Part shown: positions 26,783 through 42,180 of the stretch, one piece after another
Position numbering within the stretch: the stretch's first letter is position 1
How the letters are laid out: each line of letters starts with the position of its first letter
Origin: the human T2T-CHM13v2.0 reference genome, Homo sapiens
Assembly: GCA_009914755.4 (NCBI GenBank)
Contig: CP068257.2
Span: 36,352,001-36,416,000, forward strand
DNA length: 64,000 nt
Direction: 5' to 3'
Made by a program: the position numbers and the translations under genes
The notes under the pieces: model-generated
Databases searched by the model: none
Told to the model about the DNA's origin: nothing
Seen by the model: the letters and a program-made list of their open reading frames with translations, nothing else

Positions 26783-27215
26783 GTCTGTTAGTTTTCCAGA
26801 GCTGCTGTAACAAGTCTCCACAACTGGATGGTACAAAATAATGGAAATTTATTCTCTTACAGCTCTGGAGGTTAGAAGTCCAAAATTAAGGTGTCAGCAG
26901 GGTGGGTCCCGTTTTGGAGGTGCTGAGGGAGAATCCATTCCCTGCCTCTCTCCCAGCCTCTGATGGTTGCTTCAATCCTTGGAATTCCCTGGTTTGTCAA
27001 TGCTGATGCATTCAATCTCTACCTCTGTCTTCACATCACATTCTCCTCCCTGTGGATGTGCATGTGTCCCAATTTCCTTCTCATAAAGACACCAGTCAGT
27101 GGAGTAGGGCCCACCATAATCTGGGATGACCTCCTCTAACATTATACATGCAAAGACCCTCTTTTGAAATAAGGTTACATTCACAGGTACTGAGAAGATC
27201 TGGGAGGAGAGGCAC
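26783..27215 (+). mobile_element. MLT1-class MaLR LTR
   Basis: 'gctgctgtaacaag...aaataatggaaatttattctcttacagctctggaggttagaagtccaaaattaaggtgtcagcagggt...tctcataaagacaccagtcagtggagtagggcccaccataatctgggatgacctc...gaaataaggttacattcacaggtactgag'. Confidence 0.55.
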
Positions 27216-28845
27216 TGCGGTGAGCACCTGTGGGCTGTCCCAGGACCTGTGATTGCTCTAAGCTGTGTAGGATCCACACAGATACCAAGCCATCAGTGAG
27301 CTCTCCAGGTGAAGCATTCAAGGAGTGAACAAAAGAATGGCTGATTTAGAAACGCTGACCAGTGCAGTGAAGGTCAGCTTTCCTAGTAAAGCCTGATGGG
27401 GCAACATAAAGAGAATCACTGTAGCCTAGCCCTTCACAAAAGAAAGACTGGCCTTAAATTTAAAGGCTAATTTAAAGTCGTGGACCTAGAAGCCAGTGTC
27501 AGCTCAGGTTTATCGCTTACTAACTATGGCTACTGGAAAGGAGTTGGTGGAAATCTACCCCAGGCAACTCACTTCACAGACGGAATGAATGTAGAGAAAG
27601 GCCACACTGCTGGACTTCAGCAGGACTGGGACCTCTGATTCAAGACTAAGCTAATTCTTCTCTCCCCTATCTACTTTCATGAGGAAGGGCTGGAGAGACC
27701 GTGAAGTCAAAACTTCTGCTTAATAATGCACATTGTGATTCTTAGGGTAAAATGATAGCAAGGCAGTATTATTATTTTTAAAGCTGAAAAGCAAAAAATG
27801 CAGTCAAACTATTCACACATAACAAATGCAAACCAAGCAAGCAACAAACAAAAAACTCAACAACTCACCAGTTCCTTTCTTGGCCTCATCACTAACAGAG
27901 TTTAACTGTACTAAAGTCAAATGATGTTTGAAAAACTAGATTCCCCCAGATGGGCTGGCAAGTGATCAGAGCCTGAGGGTGTCACCTCGACGCTTGAATT
28001 GGACTGGACCTGTTGATCACACTGCCCTTTCCTCATCTGAAAAGCAGGCCCAGAGAGGTGGTGGCCCCCACAGGGCTTTTGTGAGGATAGAATGAGTTAC
28101 ACACCGAGTCTTCGAACAGTGCATGGTACCTAACGAATACTTATCATGGTATCGTGATTAAGTGGAACATCTCTTTGTATTTCCCACATATGCAAGAGTC
28201 CATTTTAAAAGAATTTCTACCCACACTTCTTTTATCACATTTGTTCATGTTTCATGTTGTAAACATAATATTTGCTTTTGGAGGAAAATGTAGAAAACGT
28301 GAATGTAAAAAAAAATCATGGATTGACATTATTCTCTTGGTTGTATTTTATTTCCATCTCTGAAAAAATGCATACACCATTATTATTTTTATAAAATTAA
28401 GATTATATGACTGCTTTGCATGCTTATTTTTAAATTTGGTATTATGTTTTGAAAAATTTTCTAGGTCATTAAATACTTTTGGAAATCAGCATGATTTGAA
28501 ACACAGAGAGAGAACTCCATGTGAAGATGAAGGTAGAGATTGAGGTGACACAGCTACAAGCCAAGGAATACCGAAGAGTGCCAGCAACCACTGGACGCTA
28601 TGGGAGGGCCTGGAGGAGGTTCTCTCCCATGACCTCAGAAGGAACCAGACCCGCCTGGTCTCAGACTTCTGGCCTTGAGAGCTATTTTGATTCAAGGCTA
28701 AAAGAACATCAAAGGAGCACTTGAACACCATCACAATAGAGCCTGCTAAAAGCTAAATGAATTGGACATCAAGGTAGTCTCATATGTTAATGACAGTGAC
28801 TTCGGCTATCATGGGTGACACATTCATTTTCCAGCACACACCGAC

Positions 28846-29450
28846 TGTATTAGGCTGTTTTCACACCGCTATAAGGAACTACCTGAGACTGTGTAATTTA
28901 TAAAGAAAAGAGGTTTAATTGACTTACACTTTCACATGGCTGGGGAGGCCTCAGGAAACTTACACTGATGGTGGACCGCGAAGGGGAAGCAAGGCACGTC
29001 TTATACGGGGGCAGGAGAGAGAGAGAGAGTGGTGGGGGAAGGGCCACGGTTTTAAACCATCAGATCTTCTGATAACTCACTCACTATCACAACAACAGCA
29101 AGGTAGATTATTCCTTGCTGGCTTTGAGACAGGGATTGTTATCAGCTCCCATAGACCCCCTGTGTTCCTGGCTCATATAGCTCCTCCATCTTCAAAACAG
29201 CAATGATTATGGAGGCCGTCTCATACTTCCAGTTTCTCTGACTTCTGTCACCAGCTGGAGAAAGCTGTCTGCTTTTAAGGGCTGGTGGGATTGCATTAGT
29301 CTCATTGGGTCACCCAAGATAATCTTCCAATTTTAAGCCCAACTCTGCCATGTAACAGCACATGGTACAGTTCTGTATTCACAGGATGTGTGACTGTACC
29401 TCATCATATGCACATATTCTGGGGAGTAGGGTAGGAAATCCTTGGGAGTC
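28846..29450 (-). mobile_element. MaLR LTR (MST/MLT-like) in reverse
   Basis: 'tgtattaggctgttttcacaccgctataaggaactacctgagactgtgtaatttataaagaaaagaggtttaattgacttaca...catggctggggaggcctcaggaaacttaca...ggaagcaaggcacgtcttata.gggggcaggagagagagag...ttttaaaccatcagatcttctgataactcactcactatcacaa.aacagcaag' equals the reverse complement of a THE1/MST-type LTR. Confidence 0.55.
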
Positions 29451-30229
29451 CCATTTGGAAATTCTGCCTACAATAACATCCAAATGAAATTTGTCATTTT
29501 ATCTTACTTCTTCTGCTTTAATTGGTTCTATTTCTCAGTAATAATCTTATCCATCTGCATTCTAACATTTTCCACCCACTTTTTGATTTTATACTTATCA
29601 GACATGATGGGATTAGTGTTGCTTCTAAGGCACTCAAAACTGAACTGAACTCAGCAAACGAATTATAAACCAAAAATCGATCTGATGATCATGACTATCA
29701 CTGCTTGATACATTTGCCAACAATGTCTTTAGGGGAGGACAAATTAATAAGCTTGAGCTCTGAGGTTTAAATTTTTCTATTTAATTTTGAAGATTCCTTA
29801 GGTTGAAAGTTTATACACAGGATAAAATACCATTTTCCCAGAATGCCTGGGATCTGACCTGCCCCAGATTAATTGACATTTCCAGATTTTGGTAACTATA
29901 ACCAAAATAATGAATTTATTTGATGCTGTTACCCACAAAATCATATTACCTAAGGGGCATTGTCTGTCAAGATCATGAGATGAGCCCATCTTGACATCCC
30001 CAATTGAAGGTGGCTTCGTCATATGCCATACATTGTAGAAAAATGTTTTTCATTTGTGATCAAGCCATGCTTTTCCCGAATGCATGATTATAAAAATATC
30101 TTATGAAGTATTTCTAGTGGTTCAATGCATTTGTGTTGGCTCCCAGGGAGAGAAGAGCTTCTGTATAAACAGCCATCACAACTTCACCATCAGTGAGCAG
30201 ATTTACAGAAGAGGAAACATAAATGACTA

Positions 30230-31310
30230 ATTCACATAAAGTGTTCAGCCTCACTCAAATTGAGATATAATTTTATGCATGATTTTAATGCCATCTTACA
30301 TAATATATTCTTGTCCATTTTTCATTGGGTTGTAACCATTTTATATATTCAGAGTCTTAACATTTTAATGGTAATATTTCTGATATACATCTTTTCTCAT
30401 TTTGTTATTTAATATTTTGTTAGCTTTTTGACATATGGATATTTCACATTTTTATGAATTTCTTTTTCATTTGTGACTTCTCTCATTATTTTTTATGCTC
30501 AGAAGGTTGCTTTTTCATCTCAAGATCAAACTCATTTTTCTCCAGGCTTTTTCATTATTGACTTTTTTTTTTTAATCCACCAGGAATTTGCTTTGGAGTA
30601 TAGTATTAAGTTGAGGCTCTAATATTTTTCTCTAAATATTTAATCAGTTATTCTAAACTACTTCAAATAATGATTTTTCTTTTTGCCATTATTGTTATGC
30701 CATCTTACATAATAAACTGAATTCTCATGTATATATTCAGGACTGTCCCAGGGTGTCTATTATGTTCCATTGTTCTGTCTGCTCACTCTTTAGCCAGAAC
30801 CATTATTTCTGAAATTGCTATAACTTTATAAATATTCTCAAATACCTGATAAAATATTAGAACCATTCTTCACTAAAATTATTTTTCAAAAAACTTTGTT
30901 ATTTTTCAAGACAAATTTGAGAATTCGATTTTAAGTTCCATCTTCATAATGTCACTGCATTGAACATTTAATTAATTTGAGAGAATTGCTATCTTTCCCA
31001 TATCTAGTCTTTCCATCCAGAAACATAAAGAATCAATATAATGACGTAAGTGTTTTTACATCCTTCCATAAAGTTTAAAAATTTTCCTCATATGGCTTCC
31101 ACACACTTCTTATTAATTTGTATTAATAGATTTCTCATTAATTATCTTGTTGCAATGGTGACTGAAATCTTTCCCAACCATGTTTTTAAATTGGTTGTTA
31201 ATGATATGTAGAAAATAATTAATTTTAGAAATTTATTTTGTATCACGTGCTTACCATTTACATGCCTTGTTCTTTATTGACAGAAGAAAGAGAATAATTT
31301 CAGCTCTTGA
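30230..31310 (-). mobile_element. degenerate L1 fragment (ORF2 region in reverse), AT-rich
   Basis: reverse-complement resemblance to L1 ORF2 ('...ccatttttcattgggttgt...cagagtcttaacattttaatgg...gacatatggatatttcacatttt...'). Confidence 0.4.
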
Positions 31311-31458
31311 ATTAATGAAGAAATAGCCCTGTAGATTTGCCACTATAGGATGTTTCTGTTTTTAGTCAGACTTATCCTCATAAATGCTACCTAATTGTCT
31401 AATTTCAAATACTCGTATATTCCCGCACCCTGGCGTTTATTAAACTGCCACCGCCAGC

Positions 31459-31482
31459 TTTTTGTTTGTTTGTTTGTTTTGG
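31459..31482. repeat. (TTTG)n short microsatellite
   Basis: visible directly. Confidence 0.8.
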
Positions 31483-32469
31483 TATCTGTGGTGGGCTAAA
31501 TAACAATCTTTAAAGATATCCCTGTCCCAATACCTGGGACTTGCAAATATGTTACCTGACATGGTGAGACAGATTTTGCAGATGTGATTGAATTAAGGAT
31601 CCTGAAATGGGAGGGCCTTGGGGATTTCTAGGGTAGGAGCAATGTACTCACAAGGATCCTAATAACAAAATTATGAGTATTATATTTAAGGGAAGGGTAA
31701 CAGGTGGTGAAGTCATGCTTTGAGAATAAAACTGACCTGGAAGCCTGACTCTGGGCTTCGGTTGCTGCATTTCTCCGCTTGGTCATTGTCACAAACCCAT
31801 TCCTTCCACACAAGTGATGGAGAGACTCAGCCTGGGACATGCTGGGTCCTGCGAGATTCTGCACCCATTCTCGGTGGCAGCAGCGGCTTCAGAGGCTAGT
31901 GCCAGGCTCATATCTCAGTGCCCTTCCACATCAGTAATCTCTGATTAGTGGGTCTGTTTCTAGGGGGCCTCAGTGTGGAAGGAAGGTCACCCGTTACATC
32001 CCTGGTCCCTCCTCAGTAGTCTCAAGGGATTCTATCCTGGTTCCAAGCACTCCCAAATCTGTACAAGGAAACTCCGTGGGTGAGGGGACTCAGGTCACTT
32101 GGCGGGATTTAGTTTACCTGAATCTGTGATATCACATCCACCTGCCTGTCCCCTCAGCACCTTATCCAAGAACTCCTTTCACCTATGCGTGCTAATCCTC
32201 TTGAGAATTCTGGTAAATTCAATTTTCTTCATTCCCCTGCTTTCCAGAAAGTTTTGCCTCCAATGGTGTGTTCCTTGCAGACCTGTTTCATGCAGCTCCA
32301 CAGCCAACACCCCACTTCACACGGCATGCTGAGGATGCAGCATCACCTGGCCAGGGTTACATCTGCTTGGAGGCTGTTCAGGTGCTGAGAACTCTGGCAG
32401 TGTCAGGGAAGCCCACGACAACCTCATAGCTGTGAGCCACAGCTCACACAAAAATTGTAGTAACATATT

Positions 32470-33880
32470 CTTCACATGTTCCTGCCTTTTCTCAAAGGTT
32501 CCTCATGGTTTGGGTTATTTATTTTCTCAATGCTTTTATTTTTAAATAGTTATAGATCTGCAGGAATTTGCAAAGACAGTACAGAGAGATCCTGTGTATC
32601 CTTCACCAGGTTTCCCTGATGATTACATCTTACCTACCTACAGCACTATATCAAAATTAGAATATTTATAATGGTGCAATGTATGCATATAGTTCCATGC
32701 CATACAGAATTGTCCCATCAACATAAAGACCTCTCTTATACTATCCCTTTCTAGTCATTTCCTCCAATACTCTCTCCACTATCCCTCACCCCTTGGCAAA
32801 CACTAATATGTTCATGTCTATAATTTTCTCTTTTCAAGAATGTTACATAAATGAAATCATATAGCATATGACTTGTTAAGATTGGCTTTTCCCAGCCTGG
32901 ATACTGCCTTCGAGATCTATCCAAATTGTTACATGTATCAATACTTCCCTCCCTTTAATTGTTGGGAAGTATTCCATGGTATTAATCACAGTTTGCTAAA
33001 CCATTCACCTGTTGAGGGACGTTTTGATGGTTTTGAGTTTTTGGATATTACAAATAAAATTTCAATGAAAATTCATGTGTGGGTTTTTGTGTGGACATAA
33101 CTTCATTTCTCTAGGATAAATGCCCAGGCATGCCATTGCTGGGTTGTATGGTAAGTGTATATTTAGTTTGCTAGGAAACTGCCAAATTTTCCAGGGTGGC
33201 TGCACTATTTTAGATTCCCATCAGCAATGCTAGCATTTGGTGGTGTCATCATTTTATATTTTAGCTGTTTGGATAGATACATAGTGATATAAAGTGATAT
33301 AATGGTTTTAATTTGCATTTCTCTGATTGCTGATGATATTGAACACCTTTTTATGTGCTTATTTGCCATCTGCATAGTCTGTCTGGTGAAGTGTCCTTTC
33401 ACATCTTTTGCCTATTTTTGAATTGGATTGTTTTTTACTGTTAAATTTTTAGATTTCTTTCTATATTCTTAATATAGGTTCTTTGTCAGATAACATGGCT
33501 TGCAAATATTTTTCTCCCAAACTGCAGCTTGTTTTTTTTATCATTTTAGCAGGACTTTTCACAGAACAAATATTTTAAATTTTAATAAAGTCCAATTCAT
33601 AGATTTATTATTTTATTCACTGTGGTTTTACATCACGTCTAGAACTCGTTGCATAGCCCAGGTCATGAAGGTTTTTACTCTGTAATCCTATAAAAGTTTT
33701 ATAGTTTCACATTTTACCTTTAAATCTATGGTCGATTTTTAGTAAATTTCTGTGAACTGTGTGAGTTTTGGTTAAGGTTAATTTCCTTTTACCTATGGAT
33801 ATCCAATTGCCCCAGCAGCATTTGTTGAGAAAACCATCCTTCCTCCATTGATTTGAACTTTTATCAAAAAGTTTTGAATT
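32470..33880 (-). mobile_element. L1 (older L1M/L1P) 3' region in reverse
   Basis: 'gcccaggcatgccattgctgggttgtatggtaagtgtatatttagtttgctaggaaactgccaaattttccagggtggctgcactattttagattcccatcagcaatg...taatggttttaatttgcatttctctgattgctgatgatattgaacacctttttatgtgcttatttgccatctgcatagtct...ttgcctatttttgaattggattgttt...ttcttaatataggttctttgtcagataacatggcttgcaaatatttttctcccaaactg' equals the reverse complement of the L1 ORF2 C-terminus and 3' UTR. Confidence 0.75.
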
Positions 33881-36824
33881 TTGCCTTGACTGAACATGCA
33901 GTCCAAATTCGGATGCAGTAGACCATCAGCATCCAGTGAGAAACCACATTGAGACTCAGTGTCATTGTTGGTGCTCAGTGTATCATGGAGAAAACCTAAC
34001 ATCAAGAACAAGTTGTGATCAAAGTTGAATACAACAGGCTATTTACTGGCAGGCTGAGCATGTAGGAGAGGAATAGAGAATTACAGTTTGTAGACTGAAG
34101 AAAGCATTCTTACTAAGATGCTCCCAGTTAGATGCAAGTATCTTTTGAGGCTGTCAAACTGCTGGCTTGGGAACACTTGGTAGGTTCAGAAAAACAGCTG
34201 GTGCTTTGTGGAGCCAGTCCTCACGATGCAAAGTAAAACCAGTGAGCCCTTTTCTATGTTAACAATACTGCATTAACCTGGTCTGGAAAAGAGAAACGGT
34301 GATTTGAAAATTGCTCTTGCCATAATATCTCCCCAGAGAAGTACTGGAAACAGGCAACACCATTATTTTGTGCACAATTTATGAACTGAAGTGAGATTTA
34401 TGAGCAGGATGCAGTTTATCTGCTTGAGACATGGGATGCTGGATTTTCTGTGTGATGAGGTGAGCACCCTAACATGAACTTGTACATCACTTCTTCAAAT
34501 AAGCCTGAAGATGACTTCCCTTCTGGTTGACTTCCTCTCCTCTGGATACATTTCCTGATCTGGACATGGGACATAGAATCAATGTGCAGGGGCAGCCTTG
34601 GCCAAAATGAAGCACCCCCAGACGATCTGCTGAGGGATTTGACTGCCTGTGGACAAAGTGGTTGCCAGCCAGCCTCTGGAGTCTGTTGGCACAGCCCGCT
34701 CCATGGAAACCATCAGCAGCCTCTTGCTCAGACCAAGAGGGAATATCTGTTCAAAAGAGGCTCTCAGCAGTACTTAAATCTAGCAGAAAAATTAAAAATG
34801 TTCACGACCTGGCAGGTGGTCCATTTGAGCACCAAAGTGCCATTTAGCTTCCCAGGAAAAAAAAAAAATCTAGGTAGTAAGCGGAAGAATGTCCAGCAGG
34901 GAAGAAGATAAATTGGAAGGACACTGAAGGAGAAAGCAACTCCCAGGGACAGCTGCTCCATGTGACGCACTGAGGACCCACTCATTGTCATGGACACACG
35001 GGGTGCTGTGCTCACCTGTCATGAATAATTTGTGAACTCACACAGGACTCCTGCTCCACCATGTCTCCAGTGGCTCTCATGTGTTGGCCATATTTATTGA
35101 GTTCACTCCATGGGTCTGCTGAACAGACTGTAGACCGTAAGGCAATGGGATATTAGTGCAAAGAGAACAGAGACAGCTTTTGAAGACCAAGTTAGACTTG
35201 TGAAAGTTAGACTTGTGAAAGGGATCAAAGGGTTGTTTTAAAAGTATCTTTAAAAACTAGCATTTTTAAACCCTGAGAGGGGTGGCTAAAGATCTGTGTC
35301 AATTTCACAACCAAGTACTCTTATGACTTTAAGCCAATAACTTGACTTCTGTGGATCTCAGATTCATGTCTTTAAAGGTAGGAGGATGTAGGCTTAACTC
35401 ATGGAGCTGTCTGGAGAGATGCTTAGAGGTATCTGGAAAATAATCACATGGAAATCAGCTGAGGGCCCCCATCTTAGTGGATAGCAGGTACTGCCTCAGC
35501 TTCCCATTCCATTTATATGTTCATTTCCTTAACCCTACATATATTCCCACACATTTTAACCATGTGTCACGGGTGTATGAAGCTAGGAAGGCAACACTGG
35601 TGAGTTTGATTCATCAGGGGTCAGTTGGGCACCCACTGGGGAGTTGGCACTGGGCTTGGTGGGCACTCTGAGGGAAAAAACAGAAAATGACAAGATGCGG
35701 TTTCTGCCCCTGAAACATTTTCAAGCTCGTTATGAAGATAACACACTTGCCCAGGCACAGTGAAATAACTACACAGTGGGGTGTAATGCTTAATAGGATA
35801 AAAAGTCAAGCAAATGGAGTTATGAGGATCCAGGACTGTTTTCATGCTAGTCTGGCTCACAGAACGCTAGCAGGTTGTACTGACCTTCAGGACAAGCGTA
35901 AGTAAGACCTACGATGCTCGTTTGATCCCAACAGTTATCTCCCCTTTCTCAGTTCCTGTCTTCTCCCAGAGGGTGGCAGGTAGCTGGGGAAGAGATGACT
36001 GGGAGTGGAGAGGTGCCGCTGACCATTATGGTGGCAGCTACTCATTCAGGGTGCTCTCCTCCTAATTCTGCTGGAGAACACTATTTTGGGACAATTTGTC
36101 ATCTTGGCTGGAGGGTCCTTTCCTAAAGTCTAGCACTGATAGAACACAAGGACGTAAGTGCTGCCTTTTAACCAGGAAGGCGAAGGCAAACTTTTCTTTA
36201 AAGGAGAGAGTTGCAGGTAATCCCTGGTGTTTTTTTTTTTCAATAGTTAGCAACTGCAGGGGAAGGGAAAGGCTGTAACACCCTTCAGCTCAGACGCACA
36301 ATGGGAATATTAATTTGAGCAGTTTCCATTTCAGTCCCTTGTCATGTTAATTTTGAAGTCTGGTATACGCCCCTCAATTCTAGTTGATGATAAGCTCTAA
36401 AAGATGGCAAGATTGGTGAGGCCAAAATGCAGCTGACAAACTGAGCTTACTTAGAGATTTTCAAACTATTTGTAAGACTGGCATCTCCAATAACACTTTT
36501 GTCATTCCTGCCATTCAAACAGGAACTGTTCCCTGGAAGACCCTTAAATAAACCTGTGCTTTCAACCCACTCACCTGCCAGAGGTGGAGCCTGAAAGAAC
36601 TGGGGTGTGGGCTTATCATCCCAGTTGGGTCTCCTTTATTTCCCACTGGTGTTTTCTGACCATGCCAGGGAAAGCAAACAGTGGCTACATTCCAGCCCCT
36701 CCACAGTCAACTAAGTTTCATTCTTCCCTCTGGCTGAGGGTCTGTTGGAGGTGAGCCCAGGATCCCTGAGGCTGCTACAGTTGTGTCCCTCTGTCCCTTT
36801 GAGGTCTACCCAGCAGATGTCTTC

Positions 36825-37110
36825 TACAGGGAAATGCAAATCAAAACCAGAGTGAGATACTACTTCCCACCCACTAGGATGGCTAGAATAGAAAAGACAG
36901 ATGGGAACAATTGTTGACCAAGATGTAGATAAATTGGGACCCTCATAGATTCCTGGTGGGAATGTAGTGTGGTGAAGCTGCTTTAGAAAACAGTCTGGAA
37001 GTTCCTCCAAAGGTTAAACATAGGTTTATTACCTGACCCCTCAATTCCACCTCTTGGTGTATACCCAGGAGAAATGAAAACCTATTCTCTTCTAAGGTGC
37101 TGGAAAAGCT
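36825..37110 (+). mobile_element. L1 fragment (ORF2 3' segment)
   Basis: 'gaaatgcaaatcaaaaccagagtgagatactacttcccacccactaggatggctagaatagaaaagacag...gggaatgtagtgtggtgaagctgctttagaaaacagtctggaagttcctccaaaggttaaacataggtttattacctgacccctcaattccacctcttggtgtatacccaggagaaatgaaaac'. Confidence 0.6.
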
Positions 37111-37139
37111 GTTCAGGAGCGATTACAGCTATTACCCAT

Positions 37140-37960
37140 GTAGGCAGACAGTGTGCATTCACACATTTAATTCATTTATTCAACAAAATATTGAGTGTCT
37201 ACTATGTGTCAGGCACTGAGAAGCAGTAGTGAACAGAATGGATAAAAAGCTGTGCCCTCATTTACCTCACTGCACTGTGGGGAGGAGGAACAGACCATCA
37301 GCAACATAAGTAGGTCATGGAATAGGTTAGACAGGTTCTGGGGTTAGGGGAGACACAGCTATTTTAAATATGATGATCAGGGAAGTCCTCACTGAAAAAG
37401 ATGTAATTTGAATGATGACCCAAAGGATGTGCAGGAGATAGTCAGGCAGGCATCTAGAGGAAGAATGTTCTAGACAGAGGGCCATCGAGTGCAGTGTCTC
37501 TGAGGTGGGACTGTGTGTGTGCCTGGCATGCTTCAGGGACAGCAAAGCCAGAGGAGCTGGATGTGAGCAGGTGGGTGTGGCTGTCTGAGGGTTATGACTT
37601 CTGCTCTGAATGAAATGGGTTCCGGAGGAATGACATGAAGCTTTTCCTGTTACTTAGGCTTTAAAAGGATCACTCAGGCTACTTTGTGGGGAAGAGCTGC
37701 TTGCTTACTGGTAGTGGGGAAGCATGAAGACAGACCAGTTAGGAGTCTGTTGCAAGAATCTAGTGAGAAATAATGACATCTGAACCACACGATAGCAGTG
37801 GAAGTAGTGACTTGAAGGATTTCTACCAATGCTCGTGGAAGACAGGAGATGGGTGAAGTGATGTGATGTTATGTCGTAGAAAATCTGGGTAAATAAAATC
37901 AAGATAGATCAAGGAATAATGAAAAGAGAGATGGACTTATGGGCAGGATGCTTGATATTT
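37140..37960 (-). mobile_element. ancient L2-like LINE fragment (reverse) with an MIR/L2-type tail at its low-coordinate end
   Basis: 'ttaattcatttattcaacaaaatattgagtgtctactatgtgtcaggcactg' is the reverse complement of the MIR/L2 tail; the body resembles the other two copies in the window. Confidence 0.4.
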
Positions 37961-38559
37961 ATATACAGCAGAGGTAAGTGGCTGGTATCCTAGTCAAAAC
38001 ATTGTAGCTGTCAATCTACCCTAAAATTACAGAACTAACCCAGTTGCTGGGCTCATTATTAATAATGGCAGAAAGCAACATAAGCAAATTGAGAGGATAA
38101 AATTGCTTTATTGGTTTGGCTTCCAAATCATGGAGAGCAAAACATCACAACAATTCAGTGAGCAAACACACAGAGGTGCTTCTAAACCATGAGGCAGAAA
38201 ACCATTTATGTTTATTTTCATAATTGGTTTTCTGGATAGGCCAAAAATATAACAGCACCATTCCCTTCTATAGCATGAGGGAAAATCAAGATTTCTTTTT
38301 TTTCCTCTTCTATGTTCATTTCCTTCTTCCTCCAGTCACTCTTTTTGATTGCTATGATTGTATCCTTGGATGGCTCAATTGCAGTCTGTTGAAATTAAAG
38401 AAAAAGATTCTACGAAAAACTATAAAATGGACAGGTCTGGAAGAACCTCTTTTTCTAAGGCTATGTGTCATAAAACGTACGTATTTACTTTATAAAATAC
38501 ATTTCTTGATTGAATTTAAAATATGTTTTCGTTGTTAGAACTTTGATTTCCTTGCAGGT

Positions 38560-39035
38560 TTTCAGAAGCACATTACTTCAAATCCTACGAGCCCACTGTA
38601 GGTGATGAGAATATAAGCAGTGAACAAAACATAAAACCCTGGCTTTACAGACTCATAGCCTAGTGGGGGAGAGAGAAATGCACAGATAAATAAGAACAAT
38701 AGATAGTATGTTTGGTGATGAGTACTACAGAGAAAGGAAAAGCAAAGATGGGGGTGAGGAGCTCCAGGTAGTGGGGTGGTTGTCAGGTAAATGAGGTGGG
38801 CAGGGAAGGCTCCTCTGAGAACCTTTTATCTGAGTAATGACTTCGAGGAAGTGAAGGAGACATGCAGACATCTGGGAGAAGAGGGAATAGCAGATGCACA
38901 GGTCTCAAGGCAGGAGGATTGTCAAAGAGGCCCCCATGGTTGGGATGGAGCGAGTGAACTGGGGGTAGTAGGAGATGAGGTCAGGTCAGTGACGGGGAGC
39001 AGGGCAGATTGAATAGCAAGCCAAGAAATCAAAGT
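38560..39035 (-). mobile_element. ancient L2-like LINE fragment, part 1, interrupted by the L1M+Alu insertion
   Basis: similar to 37140-37960; continues at 40421. Confidence 0.4.
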
Positions 39036-39039
39036 TCTC

Positions 39040-40420
<1,381 letters not shown>

Positions 40421-41200
40421 TATAAAGAATCTTGTACAGGACTTACAAGCAGGGGGGGCAGGATCTTACTGAAGAGGCTGCTGCATTAATGCAGGATGGT
40501 GGCGGTGGAAGTGAGAGAAGTGGTCAGATTCTGGCTGTTTTAACAGTGGAGCCGGAAGGCTTTGCCGGTGGGCTGGATGTGGGGTGTGAAGGAGATGGCT
40601 GCCTTATTGTTCCATTGGGAAGCCTGCATTGAGGCAGAGAGGAGCCAGAGATCTGGAGTGAATCCATAAATGAACAAATTTATGGCCCTCCTCTATGGAG
40701 AAGGCAGTATGCTCCAGGAGGTAAAAGGAGACAGACTCCAGTCCTTGCCTCAAGAAAGTTACACTCTGTAGATTTCAGCACAGTAACACAAAAAAGTTAA
40801 ACGAGTATGACATTGTGATAAGTGTTTCAGACAACACCAGAAGAGATATTGCAGGAACATAAACTAGTGGTTGCCATAGGAATTCGAATATATGACTCTT
40901 GGCTGGAATAGCCCCAGAGCGGAGGGCTGAATGGAGGACGATAATGGCACACAGAGATGAGGGAGGGAGCCACAGGAAAACTGCATTTCAGGAGTCGGGA
41001 AGTAGACCACTTTGGCTGAAATCAATTTCATGTGGAGATGCCAAGGGAGATAAGGTTGAGAAAAGCAGAAAACAATTCCCTTTTAAAACACAGAGAATAC
41101 TTGTTCATCACTTGACTGATCACAAGAATGAGCTGAGCAATTTTGTTATAGATCATAAACCAATTGCCCGCTTGCACAAGATTTAATACGAGGAAGACCT
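40421..41200 (-). mobile_element. ancient L2-like LINE fragment, part 2
   Basis: 'accactctggctgctctataaagaatcttgtacagg...tcagattctggctgttttaacagtggagccggaaggctttgccggtgggctggatgtggggtgtgaaggag' matches the family consensus I recall ('gatcactctggctgctgtgttgagaatagactg...tggtcggattctggatatattttgaaggtagagccgacaggatttgctgatggattggatgtggggtgtgagag'). Confidence 0.4.
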
Positions 41201-41649
41201 ACTGGCTTTCTCTGATGATGAGATGATAAACAATAGACATGACAGATTGCCTAGAAAATGAGACATAATAATGAGAGTCAAACGCTGTTATTAAATCCGT
41301 GTGAAGGGGGAATCAGGAGGATAAGAAACCACTGTTAATGATGGTGAGAAAACTGTGATCCAAAATGGCCTGAGGGGATTTTTGTTTTCACATGTGTGAA
41401 TTCAATAAATTATGAGACTGTCAAATAGGTCCATTAAAACCATTAAGTATACTCAAGCTACATATGAAACTACGTGCTCTTCTTTCAGAAAAAGCAAACA
41501 AGATGGCCTTGTGATTTTTTAATGAATAATAGACATTCATTTAGATTTTTTTTTCCTCTTGTGATAGATATTCCATGCTCAGGTACTGGCAATGATCATT
41601 ATAGCCCAGATGTTAGGAGCTCATGTCTTAGAATGAGGATGTCTCTGTT

Positions 41650-41830
41650 CAAATTCCAGCTTCTTGTTTTACTGCCATTTAATCTCTCCGTGCCTCAGTT
41701 TCTTCATTTGTAAAATGAGGATGATGTTGACAGCAATACTCACTTTATGGGGTTGCTGGGAGGTACCATTTGTACAGCACTTGGAGTAGTTAGCTCCTGC
41801 CGTTTATCAACACTCCAAAAATGTTAGCTG
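41650..41830 (+). mobile_element. MIR SINE fragment
   Basis: 'tctccgtgcctcagtttcttcatttgtaaaatgaggat...ctcactttatggggttgctgggagg...tgtacagcacttggagtagttagctcctgcc' matches the MIR core and 3' end. Confidence 0.55.
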
Positions 41831-42180
41831 TGAACTGAAAGCCTGCTTTTCTACCTATTCATCACTTTCTGCCCACTTTTGTTGTAGCTAAGCAGTGTGT
41901 TTCTTCCTTATTACAAATGTCCTTGCACCTCTTGTTGATGGAGCACCAGTTTTTCTAGAATGAGGGGCTGCTTTTCATTTCCAGCAGCACAATCAGTGGC
42001 TGGAAAAGGGAGAGAGAAACCCCAGACAAAACCCACCTGATGCATCACAGATGCTGCAGACCGAGGCCTGGAGAAAAAAAGGGGGACTTGATTCCCTTTG
42101 ATATTGGGAGAAGTCTGTTTCCCAAGCTGTGGCCACTGAAACGAAACTGCTGAGATCCCCATACCTAAGAAGGAACTTTT

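Noticed and set aside
33900-35150. About 1.2 kb of unique-looking sequence with several 60-110-aa ORFs and an internal A13 run, a possible processed pseudogene or DNA-transposon remnant
   Set aside because: I could not match it to any gene or repeat consensus from memory. The ORFs are short and lie on both strands. It is left unannotated rather than guessed.
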